Origin: a cyanobacterium endosymbiont of Rhopalodia gibba
Lineage (GTDB): Bacteria; Cyanobacteriota; Cyanobacteriia; Cyanobacteriales; Microcystaceae
Direction of reading: 5' to 3'
Assembly (NCBI GenBank): GCA_045159875.1
Contig: CP067995.1
Location: 582,970-622,969 of the forward strand
Length of the DNA: 40,000 bases
Below are positions 29,846 to 39,193 of the stretch, in pieces. How positions within the stretch are numbered: position 1 is the first letter of the stretch; each line of letters opens with the position of its first letter. The notes below the pieces were generated by a model. That model was not told the DNA's origin, made no database searches, and was given only the letters and a program-made list of their open reading frames with translations. A program made the position numbers and the translations under genes.

Positions 29846-30979
29846 ATGGACAAAACTCGCATTAATGATACCACCCTCAGAGATGGAGAACAAGCAGCTG
29901 GTATTGTTTTCACTCCCGAAGAAAAAATATCTCTAGCTAATTTGATGGATGCTATGGGCATTCCCGAATTAGAAGTAGGAATTCCGGCCATGGGAGGAAG
30001 TGAAGCAGAAGCCATTACAGCGATCACCCAGTTAGGATTGAAAGCCGATTTATTAGGCTGGAATCGGGCAGTCCGCTCCGATGTGGAAGCTTCCCTTGCT
30101 TGTGGACTCAAACGAGTTCACATCTCCATTCCCGTGTCTGAGCTACAAATTCAAGCTAAGTTCAAGGGTGATCGCAGCCTGGTTTTTACCTGTCTAGAGA
30201 ACACCCTCAAATTTGCCGTGGATAATGGTCTGTTTGTTTCTGTAGGAGCAGAAGATTCCTCTAGAGCTTCAGAAGAATTTTTGCTAGAGGTTGCTCGCGC
30301 TGCTCAGGAATGGGGGGCATCTCGTTTTCGATTCTGCGATACGGTAGGTATTCTCAATCCTATTACCACTACCAAAAAAGTTGGAAATTTAGTGAAAGAG
30401 TTATCAATTCCCGTAGAGATGCATACTCATAACGACTTTGGCTTGGCTACAGCCAATGCTTTAGCTGGACTCCAGGCGGGAGCTACTTCGGTGAATACTA
30501 CCGTTAATGGGTTGGGGGAACGAGCAGGGAATGCGGCTTTAGAAGAAATAATTATGGCTCTAAAGCATCTATATCAGGTGGACTTGAGCGTTAAGACTTG
30601 TCATTTGAGGGAATTGTCCCAGTTGGTCATTGCTGCCTCGGGTCATACTCTTCCTCCTTGGAAGGCTGTAGTAGGAGACAATGTCTTCTCCCACGAATCA
30701 GGTATCCATGCCCACGGAGTTCTTAAAAATCCCCAAACCTATGAGCCCTTTTCCCCAGAGGAAATCGGTTGGCAAAGACGATTGGTTGTAGGTAAGCATT
30801 CTGGACGACATCTAGTTGCTAATTTGCTAAAACAACATGGCATTACTTTAGATCGTGAGGAAGCCCAATTTGTCTTAGATGCAGTGCGCAATTTGTCAGT
30901 TCAGATGAAACGAAGTTTAACAGTAGATGAATTACTTAATTTAGTACCTCATAGGAGAATATCTCATGGGATTATATAA
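29846..30979 (+). CDS. nifV: Homocitrate synthase NifV
   Basis: 377 aa with INDTTLRDGEQ, HTHNDFGLATANALAG and NGLGERAGNAALEE. Confidence 0.9.
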   Translation: MDKTRINDTTLRDGEQAAGIVFTPEEKISLANLMDAMGIPELEVGIPAMGGSEAEAITAITQLGLKADLLGWNRAVRSDVEASLACGLKRVHISIPVSELQIQAKFKGDRSLVFTCLENTLKFAVDNGLFVSVGAEDSSRASEEFLLEVARAAQEWGASRFRFCDTVGILNPITTTKKVGNLVKELSIPVEMHTHNDFGLATANALAGLQAGATSVNTTVNGLGERAGNAALEEIIMALKHLYQVDLSVKTCHLRELSQLVIAASGHTLPPWKAVVGDNVFSHESGIHAHGVLKNPQTYEPFSPEEIGWQRRLVVGKHSGRHLVANLLKQHGITLDREEAQFVLDAVRNLSVQMKRSLTVDELLNLVPHRRISHGII

Positions 30980-31277
30980 TCCTGGCGAAATCGAACTAAA
31001 TGATCCTCCATTTTTTCAAATGGAGGAAAAAGTCCGCTTACGGAAAATGATTCGTAATGATGGAACATTTCCGGGTAAAGAACTTGGTCAAACTTTAGCG
31101 AAAAAAGGTGATGTTGGCTATGTAGTTGGTATTGGAACCTATCTACAGAGTTATTATATTTATGCGGTGCATTTTATTGATAGTGGCTTTGTTGTGGGGT
31201 GTCGCCGCAAGGAACTAGAATCAGCGGAGGATCCTGAAACCCTAGAACGTCGTAAGGAGGAGATGAGTCGCTATTGA
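30966..31277 (+). CDS. nifZ: NifZ
   Basis: 103 aa with EKVRLRKMIRNDGTFPGKELGQTLAKKGDVGYVV and YIYAVHF. It overlaps the nifV end by 14 nt. An alternative start exists at 31020. Confidence 0.8.
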   Translation: MGLYNPGEIELNDPPFFQMEEKVRLRKMIRNDGTFPGKELGQTLAKKGDVGYVVGIGTYLQSYYIYAVHFIDSGFVVGCRRKELESAEDPETLERRKEEMSRY

Positions 31278-31296
31278 TTAATACACCAAAAAAGTT

Positions 31297-31324
31297 AGAA
31301 TTATAATCATTTAATTATAATTCT
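31297..31324 (+). other. AT-rich 11-bp perfect hairpin between nifZ and nifT
   Basis: agaattataat / cattta / attataattct, read directly. Confidence 0.4.
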
Positions 31325-31366
31325 GCCTTCTACATTAGTGTTTAGATTGTTATTAGGAGTTATTTC

Positions 31367-31567
31367 ATGAAAGTTATTTTAAGTCGTAATGATACAGGCA
31401 ATTTATCTGTCTACGTTCCTAAAAAGGACTTAGAGGAAGTGGTGGTTAACGAAACCCCTGCAGATGAGGGAAAAATTCTAACCTTGGCTAATGGTTGGGA
31501 TTTAAAGTTTCCTACCTTGACCGATGATACTAAGTTACCTCAAACTATGGAAGCGACAAAACTGTAA
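31367..31567 (+). CDS. nifT: NifT/FixU
   Basis: 66 aa with MKVILSRNDTGNLSVYVPKKDLEE, typical of NifT. Confidence 0.8.
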   Translation: MKVILSRNDTGNLSVYVPKKDLEEVVVNETPADEGKILTLANGWDLKFPTLTDDTKLPQTMEATKL

Positions 31568-31638
31568 TTACTGTTAGTTTTTGAAGAATAAAACAGAGGT
31601 AACTTTTTTAGTGAATAGGAAAAGTAAAGGGCAAGGGG

Positions 31639-31686
31639 AAGAAGTTAAAATATCTGTTCCTCCCTCTTACCTCATTTTAACTTCTT
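31639..31686 (+). other. 13-bp perfect inverted repeat with a C/U-rich 22-nt loop, in the nifT to next-gene spacer
   Basis: aagaagttaaaat ... attttaacttctt, read directly. Confidence 0.45.
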
Positions 31687-31713
31687 AATTCTTTAATTAT
31701 TGAGGATTTAGTC

Positions 31714-32310
31714 ATGGATTCAGTGCATTACCAAACTTTATCATTTCGATTAGAAGGTCAATTCGTTGGATTTATCAACAAGTCCAATGGCCGATTAAAG
31801 TCTCTGCGATTAATACTTAATGGCAAAGAGTTACATATTAAATTGGATAAAGAATTACGGGGTTCCTTAGGGAATAGTTTAGCTGTTGGTGACTGGATTC
31901 AGGTTGTAGGAAGACAAAAATTCAAGGGTAGTTTTACTGACTTTAAACTAAAAGCATTTCAAGTAAATCGATTGAGTTATAGCTTAGAGTGTCAAGATAA
32001 TGTAAACCAAAATTATTCAGTAATTTCTGAAGATCGCTCGTCGAGTTGTCTGAAAAAAGGCAAAATTCTTTTGTGTAATAAATCTGATTGTGCCAAAAAT
32101 GGTAGTGAAGAACTTTATCAAGAACTCCAAAAAACTATCTATCGTTTGGGGTTAGAAGATTCTGTAACTATCCAAAAAACAAGTTGTCAGAAACGCTGTA
32201 AAAAAGCGCCCAATATGATTTTAATGCCTGGGAAAGAAAAATGCAGCAACCCTCAACCTCAGAGTATTGTAAGTCTTCTCCGTGATCATTATTTAGCTCC
32301 TATGGACTAA
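31714..32310 (+). CDS. Protein with a C-terminal thioredoxin-like [2Fe-2S] ferredoxin domain
   Basis: 198 aa. The C-terminal half has ILLCNKSDCAKNG ... TSCQKRCKKAPN (a Cx4C ... Cx3C pattern). Confidence 0.65.
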   Translation: MDSVHYQTLSFRLEGQFVGFINKSNGRLKSLRLILNGKELHIKLDKELRGSLGNSLAVGDWIQVVGRQKFKGSFTDFKLKAFQVNRLSYSLECQDNVNQNYSVISEDRSSSCLKKGKILLCNKSDCAKNGSEELYQELQKTIYRLGLEDSVTIQKTSCQKRCKKAPNMILMPGKEKCSNPQPQSIVSLLRDHYLAPMD

Positions 32311-32316
32311 GAAAAA

Positions 32317-32721
32317 ATGACTAATATTATTTTCTATGAAAAACCCGGTTGTATTAACAATACAAAGCAGAAAAAACTCCTCTGGAGTGCAGGTCATACC
32401 TTGGATATTCGTAACCTGTTGACGACCTCTTGGACTTTAGAAAAATTACGACCTTTTTTTGGTGATCGACCTGTTCAAGAGTGGTTTAACCCTACTGCCC
32501 CTCGAATTAAGTCAGGGGAAATTGTTCCAAGAAAATTAGACGAGAAAACAGCACTTAACTTAATGATAGCTGATCCTCTATTGATTCGTCGTCCTCTTAT
32601 TCAAGTGGAAGAAGTTTTTCAAGTAGGATTTGATGTGGAACAAATCGACTCTTGGATTGGTTTAAATAGTTTAAGTACAAAAATAGAAGATTTAGAAACT
32701 TGTCCTAACATTTTCCAATAA
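32317..32721 (+). CDS. ArsC/Spx-family nitrogenase-associated protein
   Basis: 134 aa with IIFYEKPGCINNTKQKKLL and LLIRRPLI, characteristic of the ArsC-fold family found in nif clusters. Confidence 0.7.
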   Translation: MTNIIFYEKPGCINNTKQKKLLWSAGHTLDIRNLLTTSWTLEKLRPFFGDRPVQEWFNPTAPRIKSGEIVPRKLDEKTALNLMIADPLLIRRPLIQVEEVFQVGFDVEQIDSWIGLNSLSTKIEDLETCPNIFQ

Positions 32722-32742
32722 TTAATTATTTTAAAAGCCATT

Positions 32743-32775
32743 AGAGATGTCAATTAACACATCTCTTTTCTTCTT
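32743..32775 (+). terminator. Rho-independent terminator closing the cysE-nifVZT operon
   Basis: agagatgt / caattaac / acatctct followed by tttcttctt. It begins 22 nt after the stop at 32721. Confidence 0.6.
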
Positions 32776-34156
32776 AAAAGAAGAAAAATAGAAACAGTCT
32801 AATAAATTAAAAATAGTTTAGAATGAAATGATGGGTTTAAGTTGATCAATAATCCATTATTTGGAACTTTATACTATTAATTTTTATATTAACTATAATG
32901 ATTCGTCTATTGTATAGATATGTTTAGAATAAATTTAGGAACTTAAAATTTCCTAAACTAGCTGTAAAACAATTTCAATAAAAAAAGCGGAAAAATCTTG
33001 CTTTATAGAATTTTAAGGACTCAACTACTTAAGTTTTATACAAGCAAAGTTCTTGAGGTCTTAGGGTACAGTCAAAATAAGAGTTTTGAAGATTATTTAG
33101 ATACTAATTTATTAATTTAACTCTAAACAAGATAGAAATCTAGATAGATAATTATAAAATAACTCAATAAAATAAAGTAAAATAAGTTCAAGAATAGCTA
33201 TAGAAAGTATTGAACCATAAGTCTAATAGATATATGCTAAATATAGTTTTTTAAAAATTTAAGAGGAATATTTTTTTAAAGTGTGTTGAACTACTTAAAT
33301 ATTAACGTTATCTCAAAGCAGACTTCTTAATAAGAAAATCTACATAATAGCGAGGCTAAGCAAGAGAAATTTGTCAGTACTTTTATTGAAATTAAATCTT
33401 CAAAGTTGTGATATTGAAATAATATTTCAATTTTGTAGATAACACTTCGCTTTGCTGAATCCATCTCCTCACCATTCAGATTAGTCATCATCTAGCAAAT
33501 TTTTTTAAAAAATAACTAACGATTAAATCTTTGGTGATAGATTACTAATTCTGCAGTAATATCACGCTCGTCGTTGTAACAAACATTTTGTTCTACAGTT
33601 GTTGTCTCTTTGAAAACTTCTGTTAATCCTACGCTAAGAAACATTACACTAGTAGCAGCAATGATGTAGTTGCGCGGGTTGATAATCTCGGTAGTAGTCG
33701 TTAACATCGTGAGTCATTTTCCTTTCTTTAATTACTTTTATAATATAAAAAGTTTAAGGGTGATGTCAGTCCCAAAACACTGGAAAAAAATTAAGTTTTA
33801 GAGTCTATTTAAGGGGAGTTATGTAGAAAATTTAACCAGTTTTATATAAAGTTAGTTACGATTGAAATTATTTTGTGTAATTTCCTACATTATCATAAAC
33901 TTCAATTAATTTTTTTTAAAATTTTTATAACACATTGTATAAACAACGACTACTAAGTTAAATCAGTATATCCTATTTTAATTTTAAAGTAAAATAGATT
34001 ATTCAACGAAGTGTTATCTTTAAAAGAGATTAGATGACTCCTGAGTTAATCACCTGATTCAAACAATAATTTAATTCTTGTGACCAATTCAAGGTTAATA
34101 ATTTAGTTCAGGAATCGTATAATTTTTCAATTATCAAAACAACTATCAAAACTTAG

Positions 34157-34858
34157 ATGTTGATCCCTCTGACTCGCCAAGCACTTGAAAAAATTATTCC
34201 CGCTATTGCAACGGGAGCACAATATGCATCTTGTTGGGGAAGAGCGCGGGATGTCTTAAGACGGTTATTAATTTCTGTGGTTGCTCTCACTATTTTCTGG
34301 TTAATTGGAAAACTCCTGGGTTCAGGAGGCCTAGCCATTAAACTTATTTTTGATATTATTGCTGGACTATATTGGCTGTGGAGTCCCATTTACTGGGCCA
34401 ATCTACGCAATGGCAGTTATCGTCGCTTTCCCTATAGTGGATTTTGGCAAGGACGAGTATTAGATGTCTATCTCACAGAAGAAGTTGTTGGAGAAGAAGA
34501 AACTGTCAACAAGCGTGGAGAACTAGTCGTCATTGAGAACCGAGAACGGCGAATTAATCTCGAAGTTGGCGATAACGAACAGTTCAGGGCTAGGATAAAA
34601 GCTCCCGTTAAACGAATTTATAAAAGCATTAATCCTGGAGATATAGCAGAAATGGTGATTCTATCAAAACAGTCAGATCTAAGCCGAATTGATAAAATTA
34701 CAGATGTTTATCTCCCACAACATAATTTTTGGTTAGGAGAATATCCCTATTTACGAAGGGATGTTTTTACTCAGGTGAGTGATGAACTAGGAACAGTCAA
34801 GGGTAGAAAAACGAACCAAGGACACCACCTTTATCGAGTTCAACGACGTAGACGTTAG
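34157..34858 (+). CDS. Conserved cyanobacterial membrane protein (N-terminal TM helices plus a soluble C-terminal domain)
   Basis: 233-aa ORF with hydrophobic segments LLISVVALTIFWLIG and IKLIFDIIAGLYWLWSPIYW. I cannot name the family confidently. Confidence 0.6.
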   Translation: MLIPLTRQALEKIIPAIATGAQYASCWGRARDVLRRLLISVVALTIFWLIGKLLGSGGLAIKLIFDIIAGLYWLWSPIYWANLRNGSYRRFPYSGFWQGRVLDVYLTEEVVGEEETVNKRGELVVIENRERRINLEVGDNEQFRARIKAPVKRIYKSINPGDIAEMVILSKQSDLSRIDKITDVYLPQHNFWLGEYPYLRRDVFTQVSDELGTVKGRKTNQGHHLYRVQRRRR

Positions 34859-35058
34859 CTATAAAATGATGAATAATATATTAGGGTCATTAGTAAATAA
34901 ATAATTATTCGGCTCAACTGGATATTCTTCTTCAAAAGAAACCCTAAAAATATTTTAGAAAGAACCTAATTAAAGTTCTAATCATAAAAATCCATAAAAT
35001 TGAACTTCAATCAACAGTGAAAGTATACTTATAAATAAGTTGAGAAATTATAAGCATT

Positions 35059-36030
35059 ATGTTAAATTACAAGGTTCAATCCCCAAAACTTTCTTCAACC
35101 CATCATAAAATTGCTGTTCTAATTCCCTGTCGTAATGAAGAATTAACAATTGCCCAAGTAGTGAAACAGTTCCGTCAAGAATTACCAGAAGCGGCGATCT
35201 ATGTTTATGATAATCGGTCTACTGACGATACTATAGCACAAGCTCATGCCGCCGAAGCCATCATTCGCTGTGAACCTCAACCAGGAAAAGGAAATGTTAT
35301 TAGGCGAATGTTTGCTGATGTTGAAGCAGATATTTATGTGTTAGTCGATGGAGATAATACCTATGAAGTTTCCGCTATTAAGGGACTAATTGAACAACTA
35401 ATTACAAAACGTCTTGATATGATGGTAGGTGCGCGTCGTTCTACAATCAAAGATGAAGGGGCTTATCGTTTGGGCCATCGCGGTGGAAATCTTTTTTTGA
35501 CAGGTGTGGTTAAGCTACTATTTGGGGCTCAACTAAAAGACATGTTATCAGGATATCGTGTTTTTTCTCGACGTTTTGTTAAATCATTTCCAGCCCTATC
35601 GAGTGGATTTGAAATCGAAACTGAATTCACCGTACACGCTTTAGAATTAAAAATTCCTTTTGCTGAAGAATATACATTATATGGGTCCAGACCGCCAGGT
35701 TCAGAAAGTAAGTTGAGGACTTTTACTGATGGTTGGCGAGTTTTAGGAACTGCTATCCTTTTATTCAAAGAAGCACGACCATTTTTGTTTTTTGGACTAG
35801 TTTTTATTGTTCTTGCTTTAATCTCAATTTTTTTAGGAGTGCCTATTTTTGGGGAGTATTTAACAACAGGGTTAGTGCCTCGATTTCCTACTGCAATTTT
35901 AGCGACTTCTATGATGTTGCTAGCTTTTTTAAGCTTAACCTGTGGTATGATTTTGGACTCGGTTGCCAGAGGTCGTCGTGAAGTAAAACGAATGGCATAT
36001 TTATATCATTCATTACTAGAATCGAATTAA
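35059..36030 (+). CDS. Family 2 glycosyltransferase with C-terminal TM helices
   Basis: 323 aa with IAVLIPCRNEE, YDNRSTDDT and the LVDGDNTY (DxD) motif. Confidence 0.8.
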   Translation: MLNYKVQSPKLSSTHHKIAVLIPCRNEELTIAQVVKQFRQELPEAAIYVYDNRSTDDTIAQAHAAEAIIRCEPQPGKGNVIRRMFADVEADIYVLVDGDNTYEVSAIKGLIEQLITKRLDMMVGARRSTIKDEGAYRLGHRGGNLFLTGVVKLLFGAQLKDMLSGYRVFSRRFVKSFPALSSGFEIETEFTVHALELKIPFAEEYTLYGSRPPGSESKLRTFTDGWRVLGTAILLFKEARPFLFFGLVFIVLALISIFLGVPIFGEYLTTGLVPRFPTAILATSMMLLAFLSLTCGMILDSVARGRREVKRMAYLYHSLLESN

Positions 36031-36050
36031 TTTTCACCCAAAGAATCTAG

Positions 36051-37055
36051 ATGAAACCTTCATTACCTCCCGATACTTTAACTCTTGATAATAAATTTTT
36101 TACCCCCGAAGTTTCAATTGTAATTCCTATTTTTAATGAGGAAGAAAGCATTGAACAGCTAATTGTAAGAATTATTGCAATCTTAACGAATTGTAATTTG
36201 TCTTATGAAGTGATTTGCATTGATGATGGTTCTCAAGACAAATCCTCTCAAATTTTAAGCGAATTAACTCAAAGATTTAATCACCTCAAAGCAATTATTT
36301 TACGTCGAAATTATGGACAAACACCGGCAATAGCAGCAGGGTTTAAATATGCAAAAGGAAAAATCATTGTAACCTTAGATGGAGATTTGCAAAATGATCC
36401 TATTGATATTCCAAGATTGATTAATAAGTTAAATCAAGGTTATGATTTAGTTAATGGTTGGCGAGAAAATCGACAAGACGATACCGTAACTCGGCTGCTT
36501 CCTTCTAAAATTGCTAATTGGGTTATTGGTAAAGTGACAGGGGTGGATCTTCATGACTATGGATGTTCTTTAAAGGCTTATCGTTCCGAATTAATCGCTG
36601 ATATGAATCTTTACGGTGAATTACATCGATTTTTACCTGCTTTAGCTTACATTGAAGGAGCAAAAATTGTGGAGATGTCTGTTTCCCATCACCCTCGTCG
36701 TTACGGGAAGAGTAAATATGGGTTGGGGCGGACTTTTCGAGTTGTTATGGATTTATTAACAGTTTTCTTTATTAAGAAATATTTAACTCGCCCTATGCAT
36801 GTTTTTGGATTATTTGGACTTGGTTCAACTATGTTAGGTATGATATTAGGGAGTTATCTGATCTTTCTCAAATTAGTATTGGGGCAGAGTATCGGCCATC
36901 GTCCCTTACTAATTTTAGCAGTATTATTAGTGCTGACTGGGGTACAATTGTTGAGTTTTGGATTATTAGCTGAATTAGTAATGCGAACCTATCATGAATC
37001 TCAGAAACGTCCAATTTATCGGGTAAGAGAAATCATCGGCAGCCACCAAGACTAA
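36051..37055 (+). CDS. Family 2 glycosyltransferase, polyprenyl-phosphate sugar transferase type (ArnC/GtrB/DPM1-like)
   Basis: 334 aa with VSIVIPIFNEE, IDDGSQDKS, LDGDLQNDP and two C-terminal TM helices. Confidence 0.8.
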   Translation: MKPSLPPDTLTLDNKFFTPEVSIVIPIFNEEESIEQLIVRIIAILTNCNLSYEVICIDDGSQDKSSQILSELTQRFNHLKAIILRRNYGQTPAIAAGFKYAKGKIIVTLDGDLQNDPIDIPRLINKLNQGYDLVNGWRENRQDDTVTRLLPSKIANWVIGKVTGVDLHDYGCSLKAYRSELIADMNLYGELHRFLPALAYIEGAKIVEMSVSHHPRRYGKSKYGLGRTFRVVMDLLTVFFIKKYLTRPMHVFGLFGLGSTMLGMILGSYLIFLKLVLGQSIGHRPLLILAVLLVLTGVQLLSFGLLAELVMRTYHESQKRPIYRVREIIGSHQD

Positions 37056-37695
37056 CCATTCAAAACTAACCATTTTAGGTTCAAATTATGAGTATAGGGA
37101 TGATTTGGAAACTCGGTGTTTATTCGAAATCGATTTTTAGATAGAAATCAAAAGAAATGTTGGGTAGTTCTTCTTTATAAAGCTTTTCTTGGTGTGGGAT
37201 GATCATACAATGATTTGTTTAAATATAATTGATCTTGCTCTAATTAAACTGTTAATTCCTTTTGGTAACAAAAAGCTATTAAAATCGTAATTACCCAAGC
37301 AGGAGAAAGCATAAAAGAATCTGTAGATGAATAATATGATTATCAAAACTTGTAAAGATGAGAGAATTTATCCAGTGCTCAGTCTTTGTATCCATGCCCT
37401 GAATCGATGGTTAAATTAACTAGTTCAAAACTTACTTTTATCTAAAATAACTTAGGTGTAATAATAAAGTCGCTTAGGCGACTGCTGTAGCTTCTACTAA
37501 TGTTGCTATAGAAGTGATAAGTCTGAATCAATAGGTTTTTCTTCCCCCAAAGTATCTGCTTCAGTTGAGATGAATGAGTTGAGGATTAGATTTGAGAAAA
37601 GATTTCCCTTGTCTTTAGTAAAACTCTTTTCTTTTCTCGGTAGTGGTCTCTAATCCTAATTATTTTTAAAAAAGTAGAGAATAAATCGCTTTTTT

Positions 37696-37864
37696 CTAAA
37701 ATTCACTTGTTTGTATCTATTATCTTTATAATCCAATAACTTGTCTAAAACTGTTTTTTAAAAAAAGTATTTTTTTAAAATTTACTTATTCTAAATCAAC
37801 TTAAATCTAATTATTTTTTTTAGTAATTAATATTACTTAAATCAACTTGTTTTGAATCTAATCG
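37696..37864 (+). repeat. Cluster of degenerate direct repeats (core AAATCAACTTGTTT..ATCTAAT)
   Basis: Copies are ctaaaattcacttgtttgtatctattat (37696-37723), ctaaatcaacttaaatctaattat (37791-37814) and cttaaatcaacttgttttgaatctaatcg (37836-37864). Related words occur at 37646-37668 and 37731-37753. Confidence 0.5.
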
Positions 37865-38271
37865 GGATAAAATAACTTTTATCTCTTCTTTAAGATTAAT
37901 AAAGTAAGCTCCCTTAAACTGTAAGTAACCTCCTTGTTACACCTTTAAATGGTTAAGTGCTTAAGTTTAATAAAAATACTACACAAGTTAAATTAATTTC
38001 AGTATGATTGACTTACTTAAAATTGGCAGAAAAAATTTTTAAAAAAAATTTAACTTCATTTATTTTAATTTTAATCAAAGAAAAATTACTTAAATTAGAT
38101 TATTTTAAATTAGCTCCTGATAATCCGACTTCCAATATTTTTTTGTGCTCATTGCGCTTCTTTAAGCTTAGTTTTTTTTTAAGCATTAAATAAAAAATAT
38201 TAATCTTACAAAATATTGTCTTTGCTTTTTTAAAAGCCTGGTTGATAAATAAGTTTAGTTGCTATCAATAA

Positions 38272-38988
38272 TCACCAATTAACTTGAGAAGTCACTTGTA
38301 TTAACCAAGGATGTACCCACCAGAATAACTCCACAAAAATGAGAATTCCTAGATAAGCTGGTTTAAAAAATTCCTGACATTTTAGAGATTGACGACCCTC
38401 AAGAATAGCTAAAAAAGGAATAATGGAAGTCCGTTTTTTCACATCAAGAAAAGCTTCTCCATAGTATTTTCTGAGGCGATAGTCTCCATGCCACACGGCA
38501 AATAAATGGTGAGTAACTAATCCTAATGATGTCACCAAAGTAAAAGTAGTCCCTAGCCATAAGGTATGAGTAATACACCAAATCACTTGACCAACCATTT
38601 GGGGATGGCGACAAATTCGAAGAATACCTGTTTCGTAAAGATGAACTTGGGGTTTAGAGATTGCCGCAATTTCCAGAAGATTAAAAGTAGCTGGATACAA
38701 AAATAAAAAAGATATAGCACTAAAAAACCAAACGAGAGCTTTAACCCCCTGATATCTTTGAAATTGCCATAAAATTAAGCCATCATAGCGATGATTAAAA
38801 AAGTAAATAATTAAAATTATTGCCAAGGGAATATTGACAAAGGCAAACATAACACGATAAAGTCTCGGTCCAATTTTATTTTCTCCCCAAGGACGCAAGG
38901 CTGCTAGTCCACTATGGACAATAGCAAATCCTAAAAGTAACCCTAAAATAATTCCATGACTTGGTGTTAACCAGGTTGGTAAAGCCAT
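38272..38988 (-). CDS. NnrU-family membrane protein (family that includes 15-cis-zeta-carotene isomerase-like proteins)
   Basis: 238 aa and polytopic, with RICRHPQMVGQVIWCITHTLW and HHLFAVWHGDYRL blocks typical of NnrU domains. Confidence 0.7.
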   Translation of the reverse strand: MALPTWLTPSHGIILGLLLGFAIVHSGLAALRPWGENKIGPRLYRVMFAFVNIPLAIILIIYFFNHRYDGLILWQFQRYQGVKALVWFFSAISFLFLYPATFNLLEIAAISKPQVHLYETGILRICRHPQMVGQVIWCITHTLWLGTTFTLVTSLGLVTHHLFAVWHGDYRLRKYYGEAFLDVKKRTSIIPFLAILEGRQSLKCQEFFKPAYLGILIFVELFWWVHPWLIQVTSQVNW

Positions 38989-39015
38989 TAGTATTTTTGT
39001 TTTTAATTAAAAAAA

Positions 39016-39051
39016 TTAGTATGGTTTGACATCTTTGTCAAACCATACTAA
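39016..39051. promoter_or_regulatory. 15-bp perfect inverted repeat in the divergent NnrU / LysR-regulator spacer
   Basis: ttagtatggtttgac / atcttt / gtcaaaccatactaa, read directly. It lies 28 nt upstream of the NnrU ATG (complement of 38986-38988). Confidence 0.5.
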
Positions 39052-39193
39052 AGGATTTTGATCCCCATCGTATGTTACTGTCGTTTTCAATGGGGATAAG
39101 TGTACCCTATTGAGGATATCCCGTCATCAAAGTTAAGTTAATAGTTTAAAATAGCCTTCTTGGTTAACTCCTTGCCTATTTTTTAATAAACCT

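Noticed and set aside
29315-30111. ORFs 29315-29527 (+) and 29839-30111 (-)
   Set aside because: The first is an out-of-frame overlap of the 29197-29475 gene. The second is antisense to nifV.
33516-33707. 63-aa minus-strand ORF in the right-hand desert
   Set aside because: It has one hydrophobic segment and a weak purine-rich upstream region, but no homology I recognise. This is left unresolved rather than called.
34153-35981. ORFs 34153-34389 (-), 35529-35768 (-) and 35733-35981 (+)
   Set aside because: They are antisense or out-of-frame overlaps of the membrane protein gene and the first GT2 gene.
38008-38193. 61-aa plus-strand ORF
   Set aside because: It has a TTG start and a K/L/F-rich product of AT-rich DNA between convergent genes.
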